Positions 18,742 to 27,310 of a DNA stretch of 64,000 bases are shown here, piece by piece (within the stretch, counting starts at the first letter, position 1; each line of letters opens with the position of its first letter). The stretch is from positions 5,960 through 69,959 of the forward strand of contig CAVQWA010000056.1 in the NCBI GenBank assembly GCA_963717315.1, in the 5' to 3' direction. The notes beneath the pieces were generated by a model. That model was not told where the DNA came from, made no database searches, and saw only the letters and a list, made by a program, of their open reading frames with translations. This stretch comes from an uncultured Gemmatimonadales bacterium (GTDB lineage: Bacteria > Gemmatimonadota > Gemmatimonadetes > Gemmatimonadales > GWC2-71-9). The position numbers and the translations under genes are program-made.

Positions 18742-18990
18742 CTAACTTGTGTCAATCCCGCAAGATAGAACCCACCGGCGGGGCCGGGTAGGGCTCGGGA
18801 ACGGCGCCCGACCCGACCCATCGCGCCCGCCCGCCCCGCTTGGCCGCGAACGCCCAGAGGCCCCCCTCCGGGCCAGCGCCAGCAGGCCTGACGGGATGCA
18901 GATTCGCGCGTCGCAGCGGAGGCTCGTGGCCACCAGGGCGAGGCTCACCATCGAGACCTCGAACTGGCCCGTCGCCGTCGTCACCGCCAT
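18742..18990 (-). CDS. small ORF or former C-terminal extension, in frame with and just downstream of the outer-membrane protein stop
   Basis: 38 of the first 40 third-codon positions are G/C, versus about 62% and 55% in the other two phases (hand count). Same frame as 19039..21078 and separated from it only by TGA plus 16 codons. No family recognised. Confidence 0.3.
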   Translation of the reverse strand: MAVTTATGQFEVSMVSLALVATSLRCDARICIPSGLLALARRGASGRSRPSGAGGRDGSGRAPFPSPTRPRRWVLSCGIDTS

Positions 18991-19038
18991 CCGGCACCCC
19001 CGCTCGGAGAGACCGGCACAATCCAGGCATCGGGCCGG

Positions 19039-21078
19039 TCACAGAATCCCCCACCACGCCCGGCTCACGTCCACCGTGACGCCCGCCTGCCCGGTGCGGA
19101 GCGCCACCCCCGCCTCGACCCGCAGGAGGCCCATCGGCCACTCCAGCGCGAGGCCGGCCACCGGGCGCACGCCGTCGGTCGGCATCCACGATACGCCGGC
19201 CAGCGCGCCGTCGGCCCATCCCGCCGACGCGAACGGCGCCACGGTGACGCCGCCGGTCCCGACCAGGCCGCCGAGGCGGATCTCCGGCGCGGGCACGGCG
19301 ACCCGCCACTCGAGGTGCGCCACCCCGCCGCGGCGGCCGCCGAAGGCCCGATAGTCCTCCCCCACCTGCGTCCCCCGGCCGCCGAACGCGACGCCGCGCC
19401 AGGCGGGGAGCTCGTCGCTGCCGGCGATCCCGTGCGCGCGGAGGACGAGCGCCCCCGGGCCCGCCGGCCACCGCGCCTCGAGGTCGAGCGCCGCGCGGAC
19501 CCAGTCGAGCCGCCCGGTCGAGGCCTCGAGCCACACCCGTCCCGCCACGTCCCGCCGCGCGAGCCCACCGGCCGCCCTCCGCTCGAGGCCGAGCGTGGCG
19601 GTGGCCGCGCTCCCCGCACCGAGCGGTGGATTCTCCCGGTACTCGCCGCTCGACGGCTCGGCCCGCACCGCGAGCGAGCGGGTGCGTCCCGCCGCGATCG
19701 CGAGCGTGAGCCTCTCGCGACCGCCGAGGGCGCGCGCCACGCCCGCCTCCACCGCCTCGTCCAGCAGCCAGTCGCCGAAGTCCTGCCCTCCCTCCTGCGC
19801 CAGGATGCTGTTGAGGAGGGGCGAGATCGGCCGCAGGTCTCCCGCGTCCCGCACGCTCCGCCGCGCCTCGGCGTGGAGCGTGGTGGCGCCGAGCCCGGCG
19901 TCGAGCCGGAGCGAGCCGGTGACCCGTCCGTCGGAGAACCCGTATGCCACCCGGGGCCGGAGGGCGAGCCGGCGGTCGCGCGAGCCGAAGGTCCAGCCGG
20001 CGCCCACCGTGAGGCCCTGCACCCGGGTCACCCGGGCCACCTCGCTCACCGAGCCGACGGCCGGCCGGCTGGCGGCGAGTCCGCTCAGCGCCTGCGCCCC
20101 CGCCAGCCGCTCGAGATCCCGCCGGAGTGCCGCGAGGTCCTCCCGCGTGACCGGCGCCGCCACGTCGGCAATGGCCTCGTCGAGTGGCCGCACCCACGCA
20201 CCCGCCGTGTCCGGCGCGGGCAGCCCGGCGATGGCGGGGCCGCGGAACAGCGAGTCGGCGAGCGGCGGGTTGAACGCGTAGTCGCCGATCTCCCAGCGCC
20301 CACGGATGATCCCGCGCGCCGGGAAGTCGAGCCACTCGCTCCGGCGGCGGATCTCGATCTCCTGCCGGAAGGGGAGCCACCAGCGCCCCTCCCAGCGGCC
20401 GTTCTCGAGCACCACCGCGATGTCCTCCACGTCGGCGTCGAGGTAGGCCGCCGGCGTGAAGCCGAAGCGGAACCGTACCACCTCCGCGGTGGCGGCATCG
20501 AGGAAGAGTTCGCCGATCACCGCGGGACGGGCGTGGTCCTTCGGGCGCACCGAGAGCACCCGGACGGCCACCTCGCCCCCGGGCCCCCGGATGGCGAGCG
20601 AGTCGGTGAGCGCGAAGTCGTAGACCCGGAGCCCGCCGGGGCTCAGCGGGTGGGGGACGCCGCGGACCTCCTCGCCGTCGCCGAGCCGGATCACCGGCCC
20701 GAAGTCGCCGGTGACGATGCCGAGGTGGTCGCGGTGGTAATGGACGCCGGTGGGGAGCCAGCGGCCGTCGCGCCAGGCGCGGATCACCTGCTTGTGGGGC
20801 CCCGGCGCGCGCCAGTACACTTCGACCGACAGCTCGTCCGCCTTCACGAGGCGGGGCGGGTCGGCGAGCCCCTCGCCCACCTGCGCCAGGAAGAAGACGA
20901 ACCCGTGCGCCACCGCCGTCCAGCTCCGCAGGGCGGAATCGCGCTCGGCGGCGGTGCGGCGGGCGGCGGCGCGCTCGGCCAGGGCGCGGGCGGCGGGCTC
21001 GTCCCTCCCCTGCGCCGCGGCCGGCGGGACGCCGGCGGCGAGAGCCAGCACGGAGAGGACGGCCAGGTGGCGCGACAT
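19039..21078 (-). CDS. hypothetical outer-membrane/surface-antigen-like protein
   Basis: ATG 21078 gives the signal MSRHLAVLSVLALAAGVPPAAAQ. The C-terminal half is rich in alternating beta-strand segments (GLALEWPMGLLRVEAGVAL). The competing ORFs 18752..21238(-) and 19315..21669(+) look like compositional artefacts. Confidence 0.75.
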   Translation of the reverse strand: MSRHLAVLSVLALAAGVPPAAAQGRDEPAARALAERAAARRTAAERDSALRSWTAVAHGFVFFLAQVGEGLADPPRLVKADELSVEVYWRAPGPHKQVIRAWRDGRWLPTGVHYHRDHLGIVTGDFGPVIRLGDGEEVRGVPHPLSPGGLRVYDFALTDSLAIRGPGGEVAVRVLSVRPKDHARPAVIGELFLDAATAEVVRFRFGFTPAAYLDADVEDIAVVLENGRWEGRWWLPFRQEIEIRRRSEWLDFPARGIIRGRWEIGDYAFNPPLADSLFRGPAIAGLPAPDTAGAWVRPLDEAIADVAAPVTREDLAALRRDLERLAGAQALSGLAASRPAVGSVSEVARVTRVQGLTVGAGWTFGSRDRRLALRPRVAYGFSDGRVTGSLRLDAGLGATTLHAEARRSVRDAGDLRPISPLLNSILAQEGGQDFGDWLLDEAVEAGVARALGGRERLTLAIAAGRTRSLAVRAEPSSGEYRENPPLGAGSAATATLGLERRAAGGLARRDVAGRVWLEASTGRLDWVRAALDLEARWPAGPGALVLRAHGIAGSDELPAWRGVAFGGRGTQVGEDYRAFGGRRGGVAHLEWRVAVPAPEIRLGGLVGTGGVTVAPFASAGWADGALAGVSWMPTDGVRPVAGLALEWPMGLLRVEAGVALRTGQAGVTVDVSRAWWGIL

Positions 21079-21669
21079 TCCCGGGCAATATCCGGAGGGC
21101 TGGCGGCCGCGGCAACGGCGCTCCTCGCGTGCGGGGGCGGCGGCGGGCCGGCAGGAGCCGCGGGCGGAGACGGCGCGGTGCCGGCGCCGGTCCCCACCGC
21201 CGTCGTGGCGGAGGACCGCCTCTTCGTCCTCGAGGCATTCGGCGCGCCGCCCGCCGACACCGTGGTCCGGTTCGACCGCGCCCTCCCCCGCGTGATCATC
21301 CTCCGCCACGCCCCGCCGGACAACAGCCCCTTCGCGGAGCTCCACTTCCCCGCCGGCTCCTTCGACGGCGCCGGCGAGGTGGAGGTGCGCGTCACCATCG
21401 AGCCGGGGGTGTACGGCCTCGGGTTCACCACCTCGGCCGACCTCCGCCCGGTGGCGCGGGTGACCTTCAAGTATCCGCTCCATTTCGCGGCTCCCTCGGG
21501 GGCGAGGGAGCGGTACGGGAGCGACGTGGCGTTCGAGCAGGCGCTCGTGGTCGGGCAGGCACTCCCCGAAGGACGCATGGCCCTCCTCCCCTCCAGCCGT
21601 CCCGCGGCCGACAACCTCGCCGCCATCATCCCCGGCACGGGCCGCTACCTGGTCGTGGCCCCGCGATGA
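21067..21669 (+). CDS. hypothetical lipoprotein
   Basis: GTG 21067 gives MARHSRAISGGLAAAATALLACGGGGG (lipobox LLAC). The stop overlaps the trpE start (ATGA). The start overlaps the divergent gene start by 12 bp, so the start is uncertain. Confidence 0.55.
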   Translation: MARHSRAISGGLAAAATALLACGGGGGPAGAAGGDGAVPAPVPTAVVAEDRLFVLEAFGAPPADTVVRFDRALPRVIILRHAPPDNSPFAELHFPAGSFDGAGEVEVRVTIEPGVYGLGFTTSADLRPVARVTFKYPLHFAAPSGARERYGSDVAFEQALVVGQALPEGRMALLPSSRPAADNLAAIIPGTGRYLVVAPR

Positions 21670-23099
21670 CCGCGCCCGCCGGCACGGAGCGGCGCCGCGT
21701 GCCGGTGGTCCGCGAGGTGGTGCTCGACGGCGACACCGCCGTGGGTGCCTTCGCGAAGCTGCACCGCGGCCCGTGGGGCTTCCTGCTCGAGTCGCTGGAG
21801 GGGGGCGAGCGGTGGGCGCGGTACAGCTTCCTCGGCACCGAGCCGCGCGAGGTGCTCCGCTACCGGGGCCGGAGCGTCGAGTCGTGGACCGCAGCCGGCG
21901 GCTGGCGGCCCGAAGCCGAGGACGTCGCCCCGCTCGAGCACCTCGGTGCCCGGCTCGCGGGCGCCACCGTGCGCGTGCCCGGCCTGCCGCGCTTCACCGG
22001 AGGCGCGGTCGGCTGGATCGGGTACGAGGTGGCGCGGACCCTCGAGCGGCTCCCCGAGGGCCCGCCGGACGACCGCGGGCTCCCCGACGCCGTGCTGATG
22101 CTCTGCGACACCGTGCTGGTGCTCGACAACCTGCGCCAGCGGGCGTACGTCGTGGCCACGGCGGCGCCGGACGACTCGGCGGACGCCGAGGCGAGGATCG
22201 AGGAGTGGCTGTCCCGGCTCGCCGCGCCGTCAGCGCTGGCGCCGCTCCCCATCGGCGGGCCCGCAGTACCGGCCGTCGCCGAGTCGGGCTACTCCGGCGC
22301 CCGGTTCGAGCGCGACGTGGAGCGGGTCCACGAGCACATCGCCGCCGGCGACGCCTTCCAGGTGGTGCTCTCCCGCCGGATGGACCTGCCGGCGCCGGAC
22401 GCGTTCCTCACCTACCGCTACCTCCGGGCGCTCAACCCTGCGCCCTACCTCCATTATCTCCGCTGCGACGACGTCGAGCTGGCCGGGTCCTCCCCCGAGG
22501 TCCTCGTGCGGGTGGAGGACCGGGAGGTGACGGTGCGCCCGATCGCGGGCACCCGGCCGCGCGGCGCCACGCCGGAGCAGGACGCGGCCCTCGAGGCAGA
22601 GCTCCGCGCCGACCCCAAGGAGCGGGCGGAGCACCTGATGCTGGTGGACCTCGGGCGGAACGACGTCGGGCGCGTGGCGGAATACGGGTCGGTGCGCGTG
22701 ACCGACCTGATGACGGTGGAGCGCTACTCCCACGTGATGCACCTGGTGAGCGAGGTGCGCGGCCGGCTCCGGCCGGGCCTCGACGCGCTCGACGCGCTCG
22801 CCGCGGCCTTCCCCGCCGGCACGGTGAGCGGGGCGCCCAAGGTGCGCGCGATGGAGATCATCGCCGGGCTCGAGCCGGTGCGCCGCGGGCCGTACGCCGG
22901 TGCGGTGGGTTACGCCGGCTGGGGCGCGGAGGCGCTCGACACCGCCATCGCGATCCGGACGGCGGTGTTCCGCGGCGGCCGCGCGTGGGTCCAGGCCGGC
23001 GCCGGCATCGTGGCGGACTCGGTGCCGGCGGCCGAGCTCCGCGAGACCGAGGCGAAGGCAGGCGCCGTGCTGGCGGCGCTGGGGCTCGCGGCCCGGTGA
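21666..23099 (+). CDS. trpE: anthranilate synthase component I
   Basis: MTAPAGTERRRVPVV... with family-wide similarity (LESLEGGERWARYSF, GAVGWIGYE, IAGTRPRG, MHLVSEV.G, FPAGTVSGAPKVRAMEII, RGPYAGAVGY). Confidence 0.93.
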   Translation: MTAPAGTERRRVPVVREVVLDGDTAVGAFAKLHRGPWGFLLESLEGGERWARYSFLGTEPREVLRYRGRSVESWTAAGGWRPEAEDVAPLEHLGARLAGATVRVPGLPRFTGGAVGWIGYEVARTLERLPEGPPDDRGLPDAVLMLCDTVLVLDNLRQRAYVVATAAPDDSADAEARIEEWLSRLAAPSALAPLPIGGPAVPAVAESGYSGARFERDVERVHEHIAAGDAFQVVLSRRMDLPAPDAFLTYRYLRALNPAPYLHYLRCDDVELAGSSPEVLVRVEDREVTVRPIAGTRPRGATPEQDAALEAELRADPKERAEHLMLVDLGRNDVGRVAEYGSVRVTDLMTVERYSHVMHLVSEVRGRLRPGLDALDALAAAFPAGTVSGAPKVRAMEIIAGLEPVRRGPYAGAVGYAGWGAEALDTAIAIRTAVFRGGRAWVQAGAGIVADSVPAAELRETEAKAGAVLAALGLAAR

Positions 23100-24592
23100 C
23101 CTGGCGGCTCGAGGCCATCGGCGGGGAGCAGGCCTGGGTCCTGCCCCGGGGTCGGCCCGCGGTTCTCGGCCGCGACCCGGAGTGCGACCTCGTGGTGCTC
23201 GACGCGACGATCTCGCGCCGCCACGCGCAGCTCACCTCGTACGAGGCGGGCGTGGAGGTGCGCGACCTCGGGAGCTCGAACGGCACGCTGCTCAACGGCG
23301 CCGGCGTCGAGGTGGCGCTGGCCGGCGACGGCGACACTCTCACCTTCGGCGGGGCCTCCTTCACGCTGCGCGCACCGGCCATACCGGGCGGACCCACGCC
23401 GGCGGGCGAGATGGTCCGGCACCTGCCCCTGGGTGACGCCGATGAGGCGCTGGCCGGCGCGGGTGAGGGCGAGCGGCTCGCGCGGCTGCTCGACGTGGCC
23501 CGCCGCTTCGCCGCCGAGCCCGACCTCGGCGCGCTGCTCGACACCATCGTCCGCGCCGCGCTCGAGCTCCTCGGCGCCGACCGGGTGGCGCTCCTCCTCG
23601 CCGAGGAGAAGAGCGGCGAGCTCATCCCCGCCGCGGCACGGAGCCGCACCGGGCCGCCGGGCGAGGTGCGGGTCCCGAAGACCATCGTCCGCGCCGCCAT
23701 CGAGGGCCGGGAGGCGCTGCAGACCGACAACGCGCCGGCGGACCCGCGCTTCCGCGGCGCGTCGGTCAAGCTGCTCAACGTGCGGAGCGCACTCGCCGCC
23801 CCGCTGCTGGGCGACACCGGACCTCTCGGCGTGCTCTACGCCGACCTGCTGGGCGACCGGAGCTTCACCGAGGAGGACCTCCAGCTCCTGGCCGCGTTCG
23901 CCGGCCTCGCCGCGGCCGCGCTCCGGAACGCCCGGGCGCAGCAGGCGCTCCGGCGCGGGGCGCTGCTCCGCTCCAACCTCGAGCGGTTCGTGGCGCCCGA
24001 CGTGGCCGCGGCCATCGCGAAGGCGCCCGGAGGCCTCGTGCCCGGCGGCGTCCGGCGGCACATCGTGGTCCTCTTCTGCGACATCCGCGGCTTCACCCGG
24101 CTGGCGGAGCAGATGCCGCCCGACACCCTCGCCGCCCTCCTCTCCGAATACTTCTCCGAGCTCGCGGACGTGGTGTTCGAGCACGGCGGCACGCTGGACA
24201 AGTTCATCGGCGACGCGGTGCTGGCGCTCTGGGGCGCGCCGGAACCGCAGGCCGACGCCGCCGACCGCGCGCTCACCGCCGCGCGCGGGATGCGCGACGC
24301 CGTGGCGGCGCTCGACCGGCGCTGGCGAGCGGAAGGCCGGCCCGCGATCGAGGTGGGAATCGGGATCAACGCCGGCGAGGCGTTCACCGGGGTGATCGGC
24401 AGCCCGCGCCGGCTGGAGTACACCGCGGTGGGCGACGTGGTGAACGTCGCGGCGCGGCTCTGCGACGTGGCGGGGCCCGGCGAGATCCTGGTGAGCGGGA
24501 GCCTCCTGATGGCGCTGGCGGTGCAGCGGCCCTCGGTGGAGCCGCGGCCCGGCGTGGCGGAGGGGCGGGAGGTGTACTCGCTGGTCGGGTAG
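23096..24592 (+). CDS. FHA-GAF-class III adenylate/guanylate cyclase
   Basis: GTG overlaps the trpE stop (GTGA). FHA: LGRDPECDLVVLDATISRRHAQL...GSSNGTLLNG. Central GAF-like region. Cyclase: VVLFCDIRGFTRLAE...KFIGDAVLALWGAP...TAVGDVVNVAARL. Confidence 0.9.
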   Translation: MTWRLEAIGGEQAWVLPRGRPAVLGRDPECDLVVLDATISRRHAQLTSYEAGVEVRDLGSSNGTLLNGAGVEVALAGDGDTLTFGGASFTLRAPAIPGGPTPAGEMVRHLPLGDADEALAGAGEGERLARLLDVARRFAAEPDLGALLDTIVRAALELLGADRVALLLAEEKSGELIPAAARSRTGPPGEVRVPKTIVRAAIEGREALQTDNAPADPRFRGASVKLLNVRSALAAPLLGDTGPLGVLYADLLGDRSFTEEDLQLLAAFAGLAAAALRNARAQQALRRGALLRSNLERFVAPDVAAAIAKAPGGLVPGGVRRHIVVLFCDIRGFTRLAEQMPPDTLAALLSEYFSELADVVFEHGGTLDKFIGDAVLALWGAPEPQADAADRALTAARGMRDAVAALDRRWRAEGRPAIEVGIGINAGEAFTGVIGSPRRLEYTAVGDVVNVAARLCDVAGPGEILVSGSLLMALAVQRPSVEPRPGVAEGREVYSLVG

Positions 24593-24657
24593 GCGGACAG
24601 TCGGGCAGTCGGACGGTCGCACAGCTTCACAACCGCCCGACTGTCCGACCGTCCGAC
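24592..24657. repeat. inverted octamer (GTCGGACR / YGTCCGAC) repeat hairpin between convergent genes
   Basis: ggcggacagtcgggcagtcggacggtcgcac ... ccgcccgactgtccgaccgtccgac. cggacagtcgggc pairs with gcccgactgtccg. Spans exactly from stop 24592 to stop 24657. Confidence 0.9.
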
Positions 24658-25226
24658 TACTCCCCGAACCGATACCCCTCCCCCGCCGCCGCCAGCAGGT
24701 CCAGCACCAGCCGCACCGGCAGCCCCATCACGCTGAAGAAGTCGCCCTCGATCCGCTCCACCAGCGCCGCGCCGTAGCCCTGGATGCCGTAGGCGCCCGC
24801 CTTGTCCATCGGCTCGCCGGTGGCGACGTAGGCCCGCAGGAACGCCTCGCCCGCCGGGCGGAAGGTCACCCCGGTCACGTCGGTGGCCACCCGCATCTCG
24901 CCGCCGGCCAGCAGCGCCACCGAGCTCACCACCTCGTGGGTCCGTCCCTGGAGCCGGAGCAGCATCCGCACCGCGTCCTCCGCGTCGGCCGGCTTCTCGA
25001 GGATCTCCCCGTCCCGCACCACGATGGTGTCGGCCCCGAGCACGAGGCGGCCGGGCACGCCCTGCGCCTTCTCCCGCGCGAGCCGGCGGGAATACTCCAG
25101 CGGCGTCTCCCGCGGCAGCGGCACCTCGGGCACCGCGTGCGGGTGCACCAGGACCGGATAGCCCAGCATCTCGAGCAGCTGCTTGCGGCGGGGCGAGGCG
25201 GAGGCGAGGACGATGGTGGGGAGCAT
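24657..25226 (-). CDS. maf: Maf-like nucleoside triphosphate pyrophosphatase (septum formation protein)
   Basis: LASASPRRKQLLE...GADTIV...DKAGAYGIQG, typical Maf. Confidence 0.9.
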   Translation of the reverse strand: MLPTIVLASASPRRKQLLEMLGYPVLVHPHAVPEVPLPRETPLEYSRRLAREKAQGVPGRLVLGADTIVVRDGEILEKPADAEDAVRMLLRLQGRTHEVVSSVALLAGGEMRVATDVTGVTFRPAGEAFLRAYVATGEPMDKAGAYGIQGYGAALVERIEGDFFSVMGLPVRLVLDLLAAAGEGYRFGE

Positions 25227-25334
25227 GGGGAGAGGGGAGAGGGGAGAGGAGAGAGGGGAGAGGGGAGAGGCAAGCCGTGAGCGGTGAGCGGGAGGGGTGC
25301 CTCCCCGACTGTCCGTCTGTCCGACTGTCCGCCT
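25227..25334. repeat. intergenic region built mainly of three repeat families
   Basis: (GGGGAGA)x6 at 25227..25268, (GTGAGCG)x2, the small palindrome gggagg-ggtg-cctccc, then (CCGACTGT)-type octamers x3.5 up to the dtd stop. Confidence 0.9.
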
Positions 25335-25770
25335 ACCGCTCCAGCAATAGCGTCACCGGCCCGTCGTTCACCAGCGCCACGTCCATCATCGCGCCGAAGC
25401 GGCCGGAGGCGACCTCGAGGCCCTGCGCGCGGAGTTGCACGAGGAAGCGCTCATAGAGCGGAGTCGCGGTTTCGGGGCGCGCGGCGTCGATGAACGAGGG
25501 CCGCCGGCCCTTCTCGGCGTTGCCGTAGAGGGTGAACTGGGAGACGACCAGCACCGCGCCGCTCACCTCGGCCAGGCCGAGGTTCATCTTCCCGTCGACG
25601 TCGGTGAAGAGGCGGAGGCCGGCCACCTTCTCGGCCATCCAGTCCACCTGCGCCGCGGTGTCGGTGTGGGTGAAGCCGGCGAGCAGGAGGAAGCCGCGGC
25701 CGATCCGGCCCACGACCTCCCCCTCGATGGTGACGCTGGCGCTCGAGACCCGCTGCAGGACGACGCGCAT
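25333..25770 (-). CDS. dtd: D-aminoacyl-tRNA deacylase
   Basis: [13 protein letters not shown]...GFLLLAG...SQFTLYG...KGRRPSF, typical Dtd. ATG 25770 preferred over the longer 25794 start. Confidence 0.92.
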   Translation of the reverse strand: MRVVLQRVSSASVTIEGEVVGRIGRGFLLLAGFTHTDTAAQVDWMAEKVAGLRLFTDVDGKMNLGLAEVSGAVLVVSQFTLYGNAEKGRRPSFIDAARPETATPLYERFLVQLRAQGLEVASGRFGAMMDVALVNDGPVTLLLER

Positions 25771-25793
25771 CGGGCGGGAAGGTAATGCGTTCA

Positions 25794-25855
25794 CCGCAGA
25801 GGCGCAGAGACCGCAGAGGACGCTGTGCCTCTCTGCGCTCTCCGCGCCTCTGCGG
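25794..25855. repeat. inverted array of 9-bp CGCAGAGRN units (hairpin)
   Basis: ccgcagaggcgcagagaccgcagagg-acgctgtg-cctctctgcgctctccgcgcctctgcgg. The outer 12 bp are perfectly complementary. Confidence 0.85.
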
Positions 25856-25861
25856 AGAATC

Positions 25862-26344
25862 TCAAACCGTGCCGTAGAGCTCGCTCGCCCGTCGCTTCTG
25901 CTCCTCGAGCGGGACTTCTTCCTTCCGGGTGGCGATCCACCACCGGTGCCCGAAGGGGTCGGTGATCTTGCCGCCGCGGTCGCCGTGGAACTGGTCCGCC
26001 ACCGGGGCGTCGAGCCTCGCCCCCGCCTCGACCGCGCGCGCCACCACCGCGTCCGCGTCCTCGACGTAGAGGTGGAGCATCACCGGCGACCCTCCGATGG
26101 TGTCGGGGCTCCGGGCGCCGTAGTCGGGATACTCGTCGGAGAGCATCAGCGTGGCGTCGCCGAACCGGAGGTCGGCGTGCCCGATCCTCCCGTCCCGCTC
26201 GGCGAAACGGTCCTCCTCCACGGCACCGAAGACGTGCTGGTAGTAGGCGATGGCTGCGGCCCCGTCCCGGACGGTGAGGTAGGCGGAGAGCCGGGGGCGA
26301 TCGGTGGGGATGGGAGTGATGGGGGACGGCATCGGGACCTCCAC
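25862..26344 (-). CDS. VOC/glyoxalase-family protein (PhnB-like)
   Basis: [20 protein letters not shown]...[17 protein letters not shown]...[10 protein letters not shown]. Start GTG 26344 or ATG 26332. Confidence 0.85.
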   Translation of the reverse strand: MEVPMPSPITPIPTDRPRLSAYLTVRDGAAAIAYYQHVFGAVEEDRFAERDGRIGHADLRFGDATLMLSDEYPDYGARSPDTIGGSPVMLHLYVEDADAVVARAVEAGARLDAPVADQFHGDRGGKITDPFGHRWWIATRKEEVPLEEQKRRASELYGTV

Positions 26345-26488
26345 GTGGGGCCGGCGCTCGGGTTCCCTGGCCGGCGGGGTTCGAGATGGGTGACCCGAAC
26401 ATATGCCGAAGCCAGGAAAACGCGCAAGAGCCGGCAGGCTGGATGGCGGGATGGCAGCTCCATCTCATCCGCCGACCCGCCGAGCCGC

Positions 26489-27310
26489 CTACCCGAACAG
26501 TCCGTTCACCTCGGGGAACCCCGGCGCTCCCTCCAACGCTGCATAGCTCCCCCGCCCGAGCAGCTCGGCCGCGGCCCGCTGGACCTGCCCCATTACCGCG
26601 AGCGCCAGCTTGGGCCCCACGCTCACCCGGGCGACGCCCAGCGCGTGGAGCGCCGGCACGTCGGGCGATCCCGGCCCCGCCATCACGTTGAGCGGCGCTC
26701 CCACTGCGCCGGCGAGGCGCCGGATGACCTCGGCGTCGCTCACCCCCGGCACGAAGATCCCGTCGGCGCCAGCCGCGACGTACGCGCGGGCGCGCCGGAT
26801 GGTCTCGTCGAACCGCCGTTCCTCGGCGACCGCCTGCCGCAGGTAGACGTCCACCCGCGCGTTGATGAAGAGCCCGGCCCCCCCGCCCGCGCGCGCCCCC
26901 GCGATCCGCGCCGCGTGCTCCTCCGGGGCGAGCAGCACGGCGCCATCCCGCCCCGGCGAGTCCTCCAGGTTGATTCCCACCGCACCCGCCGCGATCACCT
27001 GCCGGGCCGTCTCCGCGGCGTCGTCCGGCACCCCGCGTCCGTAGCCGCCCTCGACGTCCGCGGTCACCGGCACCTGCACCGCGCGGACGATCCGGCCCAC
27101 GGCGGCGACCATCTCGTCCCGGGTGAGCCCCTGCCCGTCGGGCCGCCCCAGCGACCAGGAGACCCCGCTGCTGGTCGTCGCGATGGCGCGGGCCCCCGCC
27201 GCCTCGATCGCGCGGGCACTCATCGCGTCCCACGCGTTCGGCAGGACGAGGATGCCCGACGCGGGGGAGTGGAGCCGGCGGAACTCGTCGAATCGTCCTG
27301 TAGCGCTCAT
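26489..27310 (-). CDS. isocitrate lyase/PEP mutase superfamily protein (2-methylisocitrate lyase-like)
   Basis: ATG 27310 (MSATGRFDEFRRLH). LVLPNAWDAMSARAIEAAGA...TADVEGGYG...GINLEDS. The upstream part of the 363-aa ORF is an artefact. Confidence 0.88.
   Translation of the reverse strand: MSATGRFDEFRRLHSPASGILVLPNAWDAMSARAIEAAGARAIATTSSGVSWSLGRPDGQGLTRDEMVAAVGRIVRAVQVPVTADVEGGYGRGVPDDAAETARQVIAAGAVGINLEDSPGRDGAVLLAPEEHAARIAGARAGGGAGLFINARVDVYLRQAVAEERRFDETIRRARAYVAAGADGIFVPGVSDAEVIRRLAGAVGAPLNVMAGPGSPDVPALHALGVARVSVGPKLALAVMGQVQRAAAELLGRGSYAALEGAPGFPEVNGLFG

Noticed and set aside
18750-18755. TTGACA -35-like hexamer upstream of the GspE-REC gene (minus strand)
   Set aside because: No acceptable -10 element lies 16-18 bp downstream (tccccc). 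It cannot be supported as a promoter from sequence alone.
18871-18990. Type IV/Flp pilin encoded next to the secretion-type ATPase (MAVTTATGQFEVSMVSLALVA...)
   Set aside because: The Gly-to-Glu spacing (E at +3) fits neither the type IV prepilin (E+5) nor the Flp G-x4-EY motif. The coding signal is real, but a pilin assignment is not supported.
18752-21669. Competing ORFs 18752..21238(-) and 19315..21669(+) over the outer-membrane protein gene
   Set aside because: The translations are Arg/Pro/Gly runs. The 19039..21078 frame has a clean signal peptide and protein-like sequence. Only the last ~200 codons of the plus ORF (21067..21669) look real.
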